DNA of 64,000 bases from Sphagnum compactum. Lineage: Eukaryota. The position numbers and the translations under genes are program-made. The notes beneath the pieces were generated by a model. That model had not been told where the DNA came from, searched no databases, and worked only from the letters and a program-made list of their open reading frames with translations. Shown here in pieces: positions 23,839 to 38,314 of this stretch; position 1 is the stretch's first letter, and the number at the start of each line of letters is the position of its first letter. The stretch covers positions 13,940,213 to 14,004,212 of the forward strand of contig OZ234493.1 of assembly GCA_965153455.1 (NCBI GenBank), written 5' to 3'.

Positions 23839-26800
23839 ATGGAGATGGAGGTGAGGAGGGTTGGGAAGCAGGACTGCTTTGTGTCGCTGCCTGGCAGCTT
23901 GCTGGAGGTTTTATTGTCCAGTCGGGAGCTTCCCTCCTTCCCCGTGGTACTGGAGCTGCGTCTCACGACCAGCAGCGTAAGAGGAGGACGAAGTGGCGGC
24001 AGCGTGGGCGACGCTACATGGTTCCTTGCATGGGATGGCTCTGCCTCTCGCTCTTCCCAAGTTGAGGTACTTATCTAGGCGCAACCACCAGACGACCTAA
24101 TTCTCTTGGCAATTGCGCTCACCGTATTTGATCCCGTTCTGTAATTCTTCTTTTTTTTTCTCGAGACATCATGCGTTGGTCCTCAGAGGAAAGAAGTTTA
24201 GAAACCCTAATCTGTGCAACTCGTTGGTCCTCAGAGGAAAGAAGCTGTAAAACCCTAATTCTTTCTGTGCACCAAATCTGAATCCTGTTGATGATATACA
24301 CAAGTCAGAATTGCTCTTTTTTTTTGTAAGTGCAATTCTTACTTTCCTGTTCACATGAATGATCACATTGCAACCAACAATTTTCAGGCACTTGCTTCAC
24401 CGTCATTCCTTACTTGCCTGTGAAATTGTACTACCTGGAACATGATGCTGTGGAGTTTCAATATGCTACCTGGATGGTACTTTGAAGTATCCATGGGGAT
24501 TTTTAAGGAGCTTGTGTATGTGTGTGTTTAATTAAGGTCTCAGAAGCATTGGCGGAGTGCATTGGCTTGAAAGATGGGGCAAGAGTACTTGTGCGGGTGA
24601 AGGTGGAAGTGGCAAAAGCAAAGACGGTGACCATTGAGCCTGCAAGCGAAGATGACTGGGAGATTCTGGAGCTTAATGCTGACTACTTGGAGCAGCATTT
24701 GCTTGCTAGGGTTGGGTTCATACATCCAAAGCAAAGCCTCTTGTTGTCATGGAGATCTGGCTGGGGTTTTAGGAGAACCTGAAATGCTTTGTGCATATGT
24801 AAAAGGCAAAAGCATGTTTGCAGTGAGCTTGAACCAGTGAATTCGTTTCTTCTTGCAATCCAATTTATCCTTGTCACATTTCTGCATATCAAGCGATGGG
24901 ATTATAACTCATTCCTGGATGAATTGGGGATCACAGGTGGGGGTGTTGCGTGAAGGTCAGCGATTTCCCGTGTGGGTGGAGAGTGGCACTGTCTTGGTTC
25001 TTCTAGCTGTCTCTACACAACCAAAATCACTGGTTTGTACGTTTGTCTCTTCAAAACCTATTGTTTTCCTTTGTGCAAATCTTGTTTGTCAAATTGTTTG
25101 TCTCTGAACCATGTTGCTGACATTTTGGTTTTTTTTGTGGAAATCATCTTCATCCTAGCTTTTCCCTTTTTATTATTATCCTGTCCCATGATGCATAAAC
25201 CTGATTTGAATGATTTCAGGTCCGGTTAGTGGCAGGTGCTGAGCTCATTGTTGCACCCAAGAAGCGGCAAGTGATGAAATCACTAAATGACGCAGGAGTT
25301 CCAGAACCTGATGGCAATCCTTCTGGAAATGTCTCCAAGGATACCTTTCCAACTCAAGCTGTGGAGGTTTGGCTTCGGGTGCAAGAGCTGGACCCTTCTC
25401 TTTTGCAACCAGTTAACCTTCAGGGGACTGTCTGCAGTACCTTGCCCACAACAGTCCTCTTCATATGTCACTCAACTGCAAAGATGGCTTCACTCAGGCA
25501 TGGTCAGCTTGTTGTTTTGTCAGGTCATGATTATAGAAACTCAACTGTTGAATCTAGAAACAACTCTGTTGAGAAAGATTCAGCATCTCGAGCCTACTCA
25601 GGCAGCACTAGAGATGGACGAAGATCTCCTGAAGTTGCGAAAGATGATCCTGGAACTGAAGGTTTGGGAGAAGAGAAGGCAGGAGTGAGGACAGCAATTG
25701 TCAGGGTTGTGGTAACAAAGGCAGTGACAAGAGGCCATGTCATGCTTGCACTGCCTCTTCGACTGTACATGGGTTTTGAAGTGCATACCTGTAAGACCAC
25801 TAGTTCTTTCTTCCTTATTCATATCATGGATCCAGTAGATCTCTACACCCTTGGCTGTGGCTTATCTCTTGAGTGCTAGCCAACATCATGACTGGGTCTT
25901 CCTGTTGAGTTTTTTAGTCTCTTGGTGCTTTGGCTATTGAATTCCCCACTGAATCATCATGATCTAGCTTCTAATGTGTGTGGGATTTGTTGTTTCTGAA
26001 ACAGGTATCTGTATTAAGTCCTGCAGTGATTCTTGCTTGCCGTACCCAAATTCTCTTAGTCTTTTGCCAACTTTCTTCAAGCCAGCTAACAATGAGGGCT
26101 CCTTGGATGTGGAAACTATGGAAAACTCAAGGAGACAGGTTTCAAGTATTAGTGAGGATGGGTATGGTGTGAAACAGAAAAGGCAGGGAAGATGGAGTTG
26201 CCATAGAGAGCTTCTCGCAGAGATGGTAGCCGTTCAGGATAATGATGTTACACAAATTGATGAAAAGACTAATCACTTGGGTATGGCACCAAAATTCAAT
26301 TGGAGAGGTGGGAGTGCTGAGGGTGCAACAAGGTTGTTTCAGGGATGGTTGGCAGCTCAAGCAGCTGCTGTAGGTGATGAGAAGACCAGTGTGCCAGTTT
26401 TTGAAGAATCCATTGTGCATTTTCGGGTTGGTGCTCAAACAGACAGGCACAAGGAAGATGAAGAGAGAAGGGCAAGCCATGGATTAGCTCAAAGCTCTGC
26501 AATGCCCGATCTCTTTGTCACCACCAATAGATGGCAGGGGCGTGGTCCCAAAGATCTGTTGTTTTTATTAAGTGTGCCTGGCAATCAGAAACCAGACTCA
26601 ACAAAGCAGGGGTCACCAAACCAGTTTGTGTCAAATGGGAATGAAAGGTCAGGAGCAAGGGGAACAAGTGGTTATTTTCTGCTGGAGACAGGGATGCTTC
26701 CCAAGGGAAAACCCATTCAGGCGAATGAGCTCAATAAAGAATCGTATGAAAGTTCATTGACAGTTGAAGCTGGAAGTGTCTGTATTCTTTCATGCCTTCC

Positions 26801-29800
26801 TGGGTCAGATTGTCACAAACTTGATGGGCCACCACTGTCATCTCTGGGATGGCTGGAGAAGGCAGGCTCTGAAGCTATTGCTAGTAAGTCTTTCACCACT
26901 ATGTTCTTCTCTTGCTGAGATAACAACCTGTCACAGGTTGCGGATAAGGAGGTGTACATTGTGGTACTTTAGCTCTGTTTTGTTGCCTTCCAGGCAGGTC
27001 CGTGTAAAAAGTTACAAGCAATTTGCAATGCAGGATTGCGAGTGCTGCTATCTCCTGGTGCTCGGAGAAAGATGAAGAAGATTGGGATTCCTCTTCCTGG
27101 AGCTCTGCTTCTGCATGGACCTCCAGTAAGATGGGTTCAACCTTACCAGTCCATAGGATCTGGTACTCCTAGCATTAGTGGCTGTTTGTCACTCTGCAAT
27201 TGGTGTTCTTAGCCACCTCAGTATTTGCAAGTTCCTGTGGAAATGAAGTTTTATCAGAGTGCAGATTCAGACCTGTAGCGGTTCTCTCCTCATATTTGTT
27301 TGCTACATAGGTGCATATGCAGCTGGTGTGAGGGACAGTTGATCATTTGACAATCAATTTGGGAATGTGGGTATCTGCCTTTAGTTTGTGGGACACACAC
27401 TAACAGGTTAACACTTTCGCAGGCCTGTGGGAAAAGTCGATTGGCCCTTGCACTGGCTCAGGTGCTTGAAGAAGACCGAAATGTGTTGGCTCATAGGTGT
27501 GCTCCTCTGTTCTCACCTTCAAGGGCAATACTTTGTTTGTTGAATGGCATGCGAGAAAGAGAGTGTGTTTGTAAAGACTTTACTTGCTTGCTTCACAATT
27601 CACATCACATTTTTTGTTTCATCCTATCATTGGTGGGTTCATCTCAATGGTTCTATCAGGTTCTGATTTGGAGTTATACAGGGTCATCATAAGCTGTGGT
27701 GAGCTAGTTGGAGGAGAGGCAGAGATGATTCGGAGGGTACTGGAAGACGCTGTAGCTGAGGCCGTCAACCATGCACCCTCTTTGATTATACTGGATGATC
27801 TGGATGGCCTTATCCCTGGTGGATCAGAGGGCCCCGAGCCAGCAACGACAGTTGTGGCACTAGCTGAGTTTCTTGGTGATCTCATGGACCTTTACCAGGT
27901 ATAGTTTAGATATCTTGCAAGTGCAACAGGTTTATGTCTAGTCATCTCTACAGTGTTAGCTACTGTCTTGATAAGGAGAGACTGGAACCCAAAACTGATT
28001 TGCCTCAATGGGCGATTTGTGACACAGGGAGGTGGCCAGAAGGATAATGGAAGGCCAGCAATTGTGTTTCTTGCAATTGCAAGGTCACCTAATGCACTTC
28101 CATCAAGTTTGTGCCTTTCTGGTATTTCTTTCTTCTGTTTCTTTCTCCCAGTGTTGTTTTGGCTAGGGTGTCACCATAACATTTGCCTTGCCACCAAAAT
28201 CTTGCCTTGGACATTGGAGAAATCCTATGGCAGTAGTCAATTCTGAGGTTTTAGGGACATGTGAAGAAAGATGGCATTGTTCAAATACCTATGAAGCATA
28301 TGGATAAATGGGTCTGGATGATTTGAAGATCCTGTTGTCTGCAGGTAGGTTTGACTTCCATATTGGGTTGCCAACACCCGCAGCTTCAGAAAGGGCAACG
28401 ATTCTAGCTCAAGCTGTAGCTGCAAGGGGGCTAGTCTGTGCTGAACCAACTCCAACTGAAGTGGCAGCAAATTGTGATGGAGCTGATGCTTCTGATTTGG
28501 TGATAGTTCTCTACATGTCCTCTGTACCTAGCAAAACTGTTCAATGACCCATCTCTAAGACACTCAGTCATTCTAACCATTGTCTCATTATGGCCTGAAC
28601 AATTGGGCAAATGTAGGAGGTCTTGGTGGAGAGGGCAGTGCATGCTGCTGCTGCTCGGTTTCTTTCCTCTTCTTCAGCTGCAAATATTCCAAGTTTTGCT
28701 GCCACCTCCAGCTTGGCTGCACAGGTGGATCGTACAAAGAACATGCAAATGATGCAACGACTTAGAGTTGAGCAAGCAGTGCCTCTTATGAGAAAGAGTA
28801 GATTTGAGCTGGGGGCATCAGACTTTAGTGTGGCTCTTCGAGATTTTGTGCCTGTGGCTATGCAAGGCATTGCAAAGGGAGGAACTCAAGTGGGAAGATC
28901 TGGATGGGAGGATGTGGGAGGTCTTACTGAGACACGCCGTGCATTGCAAGAGGTTGCTATTTCACACCCTTATTGGTCATCATTTATCTCAAGTACAAAC
29001 ATTGGGTTTTGCATTAGTTAGTTTTGACTATTGCCCCATGTGTTTGCTGTTGTATTCTATTACTGTGCATGTTTGATATGATAATTCCATCAACAATTTT
29101 CAGAGCAAATCCGCATTTGTCTATGTGTGTGCTTCAAATCAATTTAACTCATGCTGGAGCCTCAATACCTGGCTATTGGTGTAACAGATGTTAGAAATGC
29201 CAATCAGGCATGGAGAACTCTTTGCAGGAGCACCTTTAAGGCTACGCTCTGGTGTTCTTTTATATGGTCCACCAGGATGCGGCAAAACCCATATAGTGGC
29301 TGCAGCTGCTGCAGCATGCTCTCTCCGATTTGTTTCTGTGAAGGGTCCAGAACTGCTCAACAAGTACATTGGTGCTTCTGAGCAAGGGGTGAGATCTCTT
29401 GTCCCCTTCTCTCTGTTGTTACATGGAGATTGGGGACATTTATATAAGGATGGGCATTGATCCAGGGATTGCATGAGAGAGTAAGTGGCAGTTGCATGGG
29501 AAACACTAAAATGCAGCCGAAAGGAAAAGTAGGTGCTTTGCTGCATAAGACACAAGTGACAATTTGTATTGGGTTTGTTGGCTTGGACAACAGGTACGTG
29601 ACATCTTTGCAAGAGCAGCAGCAGCAGCCCCAGCACTCCTCTTCTTCGATGAGTTTGATGCTATTGCTCCACGGCGAGGGCATGATAACACAGGTGTAAC
29701 TGACCGAGTTGTCAATCAAGTATGTTATCCTGGCCATTTGTTTTTATCAACAAAGTTAACAGATCTCAGAAGCAAAGTACCTTCATTTATTCTTCTAAAG

Positions 29801-31161
29801 TATGTTTCTTCTGTAGACTGGATGTACCCTCAGTCTCACCCAATTCAATGTTACTCTCCTGCCATGAACCCACAATGGTTTGGATGCTTGGAAGCTTCTG
29901 AATCTGGCAGGTTTGCTGTCATGCTCTCATAGATGTGATCCAATTTTACCCAGGAAATAAATGGAAGACCGAGGAGAAACTCTGCAGTGATCTAGTTGCT
30001 GTGAGAGCATTTGCTAGGTGATTGAATGAAACTAATGTGGCATGTTTGCAGCTGCTGACAGAACTTGATGGAGTGGAAGCCCTTACTGGTGTGTTTGTGT
30101 TTGCTGCTACCAGGTACAGTCCTCTTTGAGGTGCATGTTCTCATTCATGATACATGCTCTTTCTTCCTGTGCCTACCCCATTTTTCAAAGTGCTCACTTG
30201 GTCAGTGGGTTGTGATGTTTCTTGCAGTCGGCCTGATTTATTGGATGCGGCACTCCTACGACCAGGGCGGCTGGACAGGATGCTTTTGTGTGATTTTCCT
30301 TCCATGTCTGAACGCTGTGAGATTCTCCAAGTGCTCTCACAGAAGGTAGAATTTCCCCCAGTCTCCAGTTGCTGCTTGACTTAATGAGAACATGTGGACA
30401 CATCAGTACTAGTTGCATTCACAGCTGAGTACAATATGGGACTAGCTCAAGTGGGACTAAATGGAGTGAATGTGGGATTGTGACAGCTACCTCTTGCAGA
30501 TGATGTGGACTTAGAGGTGTTGGCTGCCTTGACAGATGGTTTTAGTGGTGCTGATTTGCAAGCAGTGTTATCTGATGCACAACTAGAGTCTGTACATACC
30601 TTCCTGGATAAACCAAAAGAGACTTCCTCAGCTGCTACCTCTTCAGAAGGTATGCAGAAGCCATTGATCACAATGTCCCAACTTCAAGCCACTGCTCTAA
30701 AGGCAAGGCCTTCAGTACCAGAGTCAGAGCGACGACGATTGAATGACATCTATGAATCCTTTTTGGGTGCAAGATCCTCTGCTTCTTCAAAGGTCTTTTT
30801 CCTACCATTTCTTTTCATGGTTTGTCCAGAACTAACAGAACATTGAACATGTTTTTGTGCAGTTTCTCACTTCATTGATGTTTATTTCAGATTGACCTCA
30901 GTGTCTTTACTTGACATTTGATGATTTACTTATAAAAGAGAACTAGATGCCTTTGCGGTCAGGCTGCTTGACAGTACATTACTGCATTGGCTTGTGATCA
31001 GAATGGCATAAGATGTGCAGTAATGGGTGTACCTTGTGATCAGAGTCTGCAGGCCATTACAGGCTTGCCCAAGGGACTGTGCTCCTCATCTGATGTATGT
31101 GACTTGTCTGTCATTTTTGCAGACAATAGAAGCTAAAGGAAAGCGAGCCACTTTGGCTTGA
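23839..31161 (+). CDS. PEX1: Peroxisome biogenesis factor 1 (AAA+ ATPase PEX1), 17 coding exons
   Basis: Exons: 23839-24066, 24537-24710, 24937-25032, 25220-25790, 26005-26883, 27034-27125, 27423-27496, 27682-27898, 28028-28121, 28345-28499, 28617-28952, 29188-29388, 29594-29719, 30052-30113, 30228-30345, 30487-30792, 31123-31161. N-terminus [21 protein letters not shown]-1N motif [17 protein letters not shown]1 has GPPACGKS / IILDDLD. D2 has GPPGCGKT / FFDEFD / [18 protein letters not shown] / LLRPGRLDR. Plant-type C-terminus KGKRATLA*. Confidence 0.96.
24174..24272 (+). repeat. ~48-bp tandem duplication with telo-boxes in PEX1 intron 1
   Basis: cgttggtcctcagaggaaagaag.....aaaccctaat occurs twice. 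Confidence 0.8.
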
Positions 31162-34100
31162 GAATCTTCCTTGACTATCATGGCTGATGGTGGAATACAC
31201 CTGCTGGAGAGTTTGGAGGAGATTTACAATTTTAAGGGGGGCAACCCAATTCAAGCAAAGACTAGAAAAACCTCTAGCATTATTGAGGTTTGTTATTCCA
31301 CAAAATTCTTTGCAAACTGTGTGCAGTGATAAGAACAGAGTTCTTTAAGATCAGAAATTCATCAGATGACCTGAGACTGGGTGGTCACATTTTGTGAATT
31401 TCCTTGGTAAACCAATTTAACAGTTTTAGGCAAGCCATTATTCCATTAGTTCTTAGACTTTAACAAGGTTTCAAAATCCCACTTGTTGCAGCAGTCCTTT
31501 ATGTGTAGGCTTGATGACCTGTATGTGTTTAGAAATATTGATAGATGGAAGAGTTTGAAAGCTCTCATGACCTGTATATGTGATTTTGAGGCATATCATG
31601 TAGATATGTGACAGTGTTAGTGGGTTTGGGTATGAACCATGAACCAGTAGTTAGGTCAATTTGGGGATGTGCTACAAAAGTCTTAGCCATGCAACTTCTA
31701 AGGCCCAGTTTGTTGTTCACAGGAGGAGTGAATGTCCCAATTCAGTGAATGATCAATTCTTATTTTGTGGAAGAGCTTCCAGTGGATGGCATAATAAATC
31801 AAGGCCAATTAGCTGAGGAAAAATAATTGGACATTTTGGGTATGGAAGGATCTGGTCGTAGGTGGTCTGCCTATGTTGACTACTGAAGATGCTGCAAATG
31901 GAAAAGACATCCCAGGAGTGAGCAGTCATTTTTGGTGGCCTGTGCCATCACTTGAGGATGGAGCATGTGCCTCTACATCCAGGGTGCTAAGTCTGCAAGC
32001 TCAAGATCAGAGGTTTGTGATGGTATGTACCGAAATGAGTTCTTCTGTGGAACAATGGGAATTTTATTGGAGTCTTTGAAAATACAATGGTAGGTAAGGA
32101 ACTGTTCGGGAACTGTTCCTTTTGCTTCTCTGAAGTTAAGAAGTCTTGTCATGATCTCCAGATCTTTACCACGACTTTGGTGTAGAATCATAAATCCTTG
32201 TCTGCAGACACAGGTTTCCCTCATCACTCCCACTCTCTTCCAACCTCTCTATTTCCAAGCTAAATGCTGAAAGTTACTTTCTGTTGCTCATTTTTTTTGG
32301 CTCATTTTTTGTCAGTTTGGGCTACATTCAAGAAGATTGGTATATACACTTATTTGAAATCAGATGCAACAGATAATTTCTGAAGCTGAATTCTTTTTAT
32401 TTAGTGCAGGTTGTTGAGGACTTGAGTAATTTACTTTTGGTCTCTGGAAATTGTGTTCCTGCAGTTAGTATAGTGTTGATTGACAAATCTGTATATGGAT
32501 TGGAATCTGTGCGCTGCATTTTGCAACAACTAAGTATGGATATGAGTTCTAATGAAAATGCCATCATTTCCAACCAGTCGTAATGCTTTGGCTTTTGTGT
32601 ATAGCCTTTGTTAGACCCATCTACTATAACATGTTTTCTGTGGTGATTTATAGTGGTGATTTTGAGCAGTTTTGGAATTTTGGATTTCTTGTCAAAACAA
32701 TGTCTGATTGATTATCATAGTGGAAAGGAAATGGTCCTATTTTCAGTGTAGCCAATGTCCTGCATCGACTGACACAGTGTCTCTTTTGCTGTAGAAGCAT
32801 TGGCAATATACTTTGGTTCAGTGGAACATCTTACATAAGTGTGAAAGCAACATTGGATTTTTGCAGGTTATTAGGAAGGCATGGTACCAGGTGTAATTTC
32901 GCCTATGCAAAGGGTGGCTGTTTTGAAAAAATGTAATGCCAGTTCCTGCAGGTGTTTTGGTTTTTATTTTTTATGTTTTTTCTGGTGATACCACCTTAGT
33001 ATCATGGAATTTTTTAATAAAAATAATCTGAATACGTCTTTATGCATAGGAAAGATTTGGCCACAGGCTCTACCAGAATTGGGTGTGTTCAAAAGAGGCT
33101 CTGCCTTGCACAGGCCCTTATTTTGGTGAAGCCAGTGGTCTCTCAATCTTTACCTACCATATAATCTTCTTCGTCCTCTAAAGACCTCTAAAGAGTCACA
33201 GAATCTGTAAGGTGTGCCTCCCAAACACAGGATTTCAATTTTGGTGAACTTTTTCAAGTGTGGGGATTAAATGCCCAAGGAGAAGAGAGTGTTCCTGGAG
33301 AGAGGGATCACTCCTGCAGGTGTTAGCTGAGGGCAGGACTGCCCTTTGGGAGCACCCGGCTGTGAGTGGTGTTGCAAGCTTGACCAGCAATCTATCAAAT
33401 GAATGGCAAAATCTGATGGGGCCCTGCACGATGGGCTCTTTGAATTGTATGGAGGAAATTATGAAGTTTGAAGGCCCTCCACATGGGTGGAAGAAGCCTG
33501 CCATACAGAGGCCAGCAAACACACACACTCTGTTAAGGGTGGTAAGGTGCCTTCCAACTACATTCTTGAGTGCTTTACTTAGGTAGGGTCCTCAGTTGAC
33601 ATAGTCAAACTTTGAGCTATGGAAGATAGTCCTTTGTTCTAGGGTACATGGAACTCTTTAGATCTTGCAGTCTTCTCCCAAAATGGTTTTCATGTGGCCT
33701 TTTCAATTCTGTGTCTTTTTTGTCCTCTTACAAAGCACAATGGACGGTTGGTCTTCTTGAGTGTACCTGACTTAACTTGGGCCAAATGACCATTGTGTAA
33801 ATCCACATGACTATTTTGTAAATCCATGAAAACCATTATGCAATGAAATGAAGAGTGCGTGCCAGGTACAGCAATTGTGCCCGTTTGTAAATTTGGGACT
33901 CGCCCAAAACCCTTGGCAATTGGGTCCTATACTACAGAGATGATCCCCGTGATCCTTGGAAATTTGGCCACTCACCCAAATTCCTTGCAATTGGGTCCCA
34001 TGGTGGTACAGAGATGATCCCCTTGATCCAATGACCCTGAATCACAGCTGAGTTCGAATGCAACCACACAATTCATTTCGGGAAAAGCTGCAGGACCAAA

Positions 34101-34260
34101 CCACCAAGCATTTTGCTTTGTATCTATGACATATGTGTTCATTTCAAGGTGATACTCGGCAATGGAAAGACCAACAACATATTTGGTACTCTGCAAAGTA
34201 CCTTGCTGGAAACCTTTATTTAGAATATCAGCTACTTGAAGTTTTGGAAAATGGAAAGTT

Positions 34261-34411
34261 GGGTGTTTTGGGTATTACTTTGAATCCCTTAAATGGGTGT
34301 TTGGGTACTACTTTGAATCCCTTAAATGGGTGTTTGGGTATTACTTTGAATCCCTTGAAATGGGTGTTTTGGGTATTACTTTGAATCCCTTAAATGGGTG
34401 TTTTGTGTACT
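34261..34411 (+). repeat. Minisatellite, ~4.5 x 33-34 bp
   Basis: Unit gggtgttttgggtattactttgaatcccttaaat is repeated head-to-tail with no spacers. Confidence 0.92.
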
Positions 34412-34744
34412 AGTTATACCTTAAGTTTTAACTGGGGTACTACCTTTTGGACCACTTCTCATAGCAACCAAGGTTGAATGGGGGTACTACCCTCCTACCT
34501 CCTTTTACTAACCTACTGAAATTGATTTTTTATTACAATTTTTTTTCCCCCATGATACCCTGTACCTACCTGACATACCCAGGTTTTGGTGAAATTTTAA
34601 AGAATTATATTTTGCATTTATGGCTATGAATGTTTTTAAGTTGAGTAAGAGTACAATGCTTTAGATCTGGAGCTTAGGCCAAGAAAGTATTCTGCTAAAC
34701 ACAAAAGATCTTGAATTTTGCGTGAAATAAGTTAAATGTTGGTA

Positions 34745-35684
34745 TTACATATAGTAAAGGACGTCGGGATGAAATGAAGCTTTCCATCCATCCGTCCGTC
34801 ATCCATCCCGTCATCCGTCCTGTCATCCATCCAAACAGAACAAATATATATTAAAAAAAGGGAAAAAACTAGAAAAAAAAAAAAACAGAAAAACACTTTA
34901 ACAATTAGAAACTTTTTGTAAACACTTAAACATGAAACAAAAAGGGAAATACAGTAAAATAATCTTAAAAGAAAATTAAAAAATAGATGACAAAAAATAA
35001 GAAACAAAAGAGAGAGCAAAAGAAAGAGAAAAAAACCATACTTGAAAAAAAAAATGAGGTTTGTCTTCTTTTTGCAAACTTCAAACCTGCATCTAATCAA
35101 ACAAAAATAAAAAAGTTTTTTTAAATTATTTTTATTATAAAACATATTAGAAAAACTCGAATTTTTTTGGAAAAGAAAATAGAAAAGAAATAAATAAATA
35201 AACGCATAAAAATGAAAAAAACATGAAGATAGACAAAATAAGAATAGAAAAAATTAAAACATGAAACAAACATAAACAAAAAAAAGTGAAAACACAAAAA
35301 CTATAAAAAAGGAATGGAAACAAATGAAACAAGGAAAGGGAAATACAATAAAATCATTTTAAAAGAAAAAAATTACAAAAATGAAGAAACCAAATAAAGA
35401 GTAGAAAATAAGAAAAAATAAAACTTTATAATAAATGAAGAAAAACCCTACTTGAAAAAGAATGAGGTGTGTCTTCTTTCTCCAAACTTCAAACTTGCAT
35501 CCAAATAAACAAAAATACAAAAGTGAAAAAGAAACACTTTATTTTTATTATACAAATAATAATAAAAATAGAAAACACATAAAAATAAAAAATAAAAAAG
35601 ATAAAGTTTTAAAAAAAAACTAAAACATGAACCAAACATTGTTGAAATAACACACCTGTGCATTAGGCACTGGGTTCAAACTAG
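34745..35684 (+). mobile_element. Non-autonomous Helitron
   Basis: The 3' end has the hairpin CCTGTGCATTAGGCACTGGG followed by CTAG|T (35681-35685). The 5' end A|TTACATATAGTAAAGG is a degenerate TC...ATA start. Inside are a (TCCG/TCCA)n microsatellite and an internal ~400-bp A-rich duplication. No TSD. Confidence 0.75.
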
Positions 35685-36365
35685 TATAAAAGTAAGACTC
35701 GATAGCAACATATTTTTGTTCGTTACAACTCTTTCTTCATAATTTTATTAGAAACAAGTAAAATTTCCCCTAAAACCTCATTGAATGAATGGCCCAAGTG
35801 GTTGCATTTCATGCAACTTTTAGGATAAATTGTGGGTCTAATTCACCACCATGCCACAAATATTACCTATTACAATTTTATTTGGAAATCATTTTTTAGT
35901 GAAAATTTGAAAAACACTGTATAATTTGCCAAACTTTGGAAACCACCTGGTTGGTACCCCAGTATATTAAGAAACTGATCACTTCTGACTTGTGGCATTA
36001 CTCATATATGATAAACATCAATTAATCACACTTGCAAACTAAGAGCGTCTCCACCCCCACACCGGCAAAAAACACCCCTTTTCATTCAATCTTGCAGGAG
36101 GATAGTGCAAATCCTGTTGCTCTCCGATATTAATGGTCCATTTTGCCGTGGTCATTTTAACCTCTTTTAAGAGCTTTTTCTCTTACTATGGATTTGGACA
36201 GTGACTATTACTCGTCCAGATGTAAAGACATAAATGGGCTTTTTGAGTGTTTAAAAAGGGACTTTTTAGGACATTTGTGTGGTGGGGACAGTGATCATTA
36301 AACGATATTTTATTCTAAAATAAAGGAGTTGTTTACTGTTTTGGGGTGGAGATCCTCTAAGATCA

Positions 36366-36400
36366 ACCCCCCCCCCCCCCCCCCCCCGCCCCCCACCCCC
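36366..36400 (+). repeat. Poly-C tract (G-quadruplex-capable on the minus strand)
   Basis: Run of about 33 C with two interruptions. Confidence 0.85.
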
Positions 36401-38099
36401 AAATTGTGTGATCTTGCTCAAGTGGTGACCATCCATAAGTATATTTAGCCAAATTTGGTGATATTCAATATATGAAAGTAAAAAATCTTAATCACATTTT
36501 CATATTGTAAGAAATGGCAAATTTTTGACGATTTTTTAAATAAGATTTTTTATGGAAATTTTTTTCCCGTAAAGGAAATTGCAACAGAATATTTCTTGTT
36601 AATTTATTTATTTTTCACAAAATGGAGAAAATTTGCCACATAAAAAACCATTGAGCCAAAATGGATAAATCCCATCTCTCAAGTTCCAACCCCCAAGAAC
36701 TTAAAAAAATCCTCATTTGAAAAACTGAAGCACCATGTTTCCAAATGTGTTTAGAAGTCAGGTATTGCTAGTTTTTGACCTTTGAGAAACACTTGTCAAT
36801 GGTGTTGAGAAAAGGCTCTTTGAAATTGACCCTTGCTTTAGAAAGGGATACCTACCCAAGAATTTGGGGGTTTACCAATGTTGGCCAGTTCTTCTTTATT
36901 AAAATAAAATTAAAATTAAAAATAAAAATAATTAAATCAATTAAATTTTTATAAATTAAAAGAAACCATTGCTGGGCAAAGTCTTTGTGAATTTTTTAAT
37001 TTTTTTTCCCACATAGGATGTTGAAAATGATTGAGACCCGGTCATTCTCAATTTGCCAACACCCCATTATTGAGACCCGTTCATGCCCGTGTCACAACGG
37101 TCTCATATGGGTCTCTAAAAGAAAAAGAAAAAAGAAAAATTAAAGACTTGGTTCCAACTTCTTGGCTCCACAACTATACAAAGTAAATCATTCAAAACCT
37201 TCAAGAGAAAATCATTCTTTTATTAGGAACTTGAGGCCAAACAACAAGCCAAAAAAGTGTTAAAATTTTTACCCCTAATTGCCCCTCAACCGGTAGTTCC
37301 AAATAGGCCTAAAATCAGGGTCTCTCTGAGTCCAAATTTGACACACCCACGGTTTAAATTTAGAAGCTTATAAGAGGCATCACTCAAGAAGGTGAAGGTA
37401 CTACCGCACCCAACCAAACCCCAAATTAGTTGGGGGATGATTCCGAGCAGCCTTTTGTTTTGCTGGCCATATAGCCAGAAAAGCTGTACTGAAAAAATAA
37501 AAAGTTCTATAATCAAGTGCTTTTTGAGATTTTCAATAGCCATCTAATTCGACCAAAATCATCAGATTTTCTATACAACGGTTCACATGGGTAGCCAAAA
37601 ATATAGAAGGATGGGTCTAGTTTTCTTATTTTCATTTTCACCTTGTAACCAAATTTGGCTAAAATCTTCCTGTATCTCAACTTTCAAGACGAGTTTAGCC
37701 ATAAATGTTGACAAGTTTTTAGAACCTGGCTTAGATAATTAAAAAAACGTAGTTAAAGAAACGCTACCAAACTAAAATCAGAGTCCAAATATGACGAATT
37801 TTTTCCCCCAATTTTTCTTTTCCAAAAATTGGGAAATTACTACTGAATAGTAAATTCTCCCATTTTTTTTTTAAAAAATCGTATTTTGGCGAAATTTCGC
37901 ACCCAAAAAAACCGCTGGGTGTTGGGGGGGAGGGGGGTGGTGAGTGCGGCGAGGCAATGAATTAAGATGAAGAAGGCGTAAGGATGGATGAAAACATCGC
38001 TAATGGCTTGATCATGGCTCATGGATGATGATGTCCCCCCCAGCACTCAGCAACGGGTCAAGAGAGGCTTTGCGAGCGCCAGTCCCCTTGAGCTTTTCA

Positions 38100-38314
38100 G
38101 CCGCGCACGGGTGCGCACAAAGCTTCGCTACAGACGCTCACCGTCTCTCGCGTGCTCCAGGCCGCTGGAGGATGTCGTCGTCGTCGTCGTCGTTGTCGTC
38201 GTCGACGGTGGTATTGCCAACAAATCAAAGAGGCGATTTTTCTTCTTCTCCTTCTCCTGCTGAAACTAGATCTGCGTCTTTTCCTTTCTCAAGGATCTGA
38301 TTGAATGCACCAAG
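38100..38314 (+). promoter_or_regulatory. Probable non-coding first exon (5'UTR) of UGE, followed by a leader intron
   Basis: CpG-rich island with (GTC)n and a CT-rich tract, ending in a strong donor AAG|GTGAGT at 38314/38315. Candidate acceptor TTTTATTTTGCAG ends at 39541. The start coordinate is approximate. Confidence 0.55.

Noticed and set aside
27106-27440. Atypical PEX1 D1 motifs (GPPACGKS; Walker B LDDLD further downstream)
   Set aside because: A degenerate D1 ring is an established feature of PEX1, not a novelty or a sign of pseudogenisation.
34261-34411. 33-34-bp repeats resembling a CRISPR array
   Set aside because: The units are contiguous with no unique spacers, there are no cas genes, and the context is eukaryotic. 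It is a minisatellite.
34732-35663. Hydrophobic F/L-rich ORFs (also 17326-17511 and 50908-51184)
   Set aside because: Translations of A-rich, T-rich or pyrimidine-rich low-complexity repeats.
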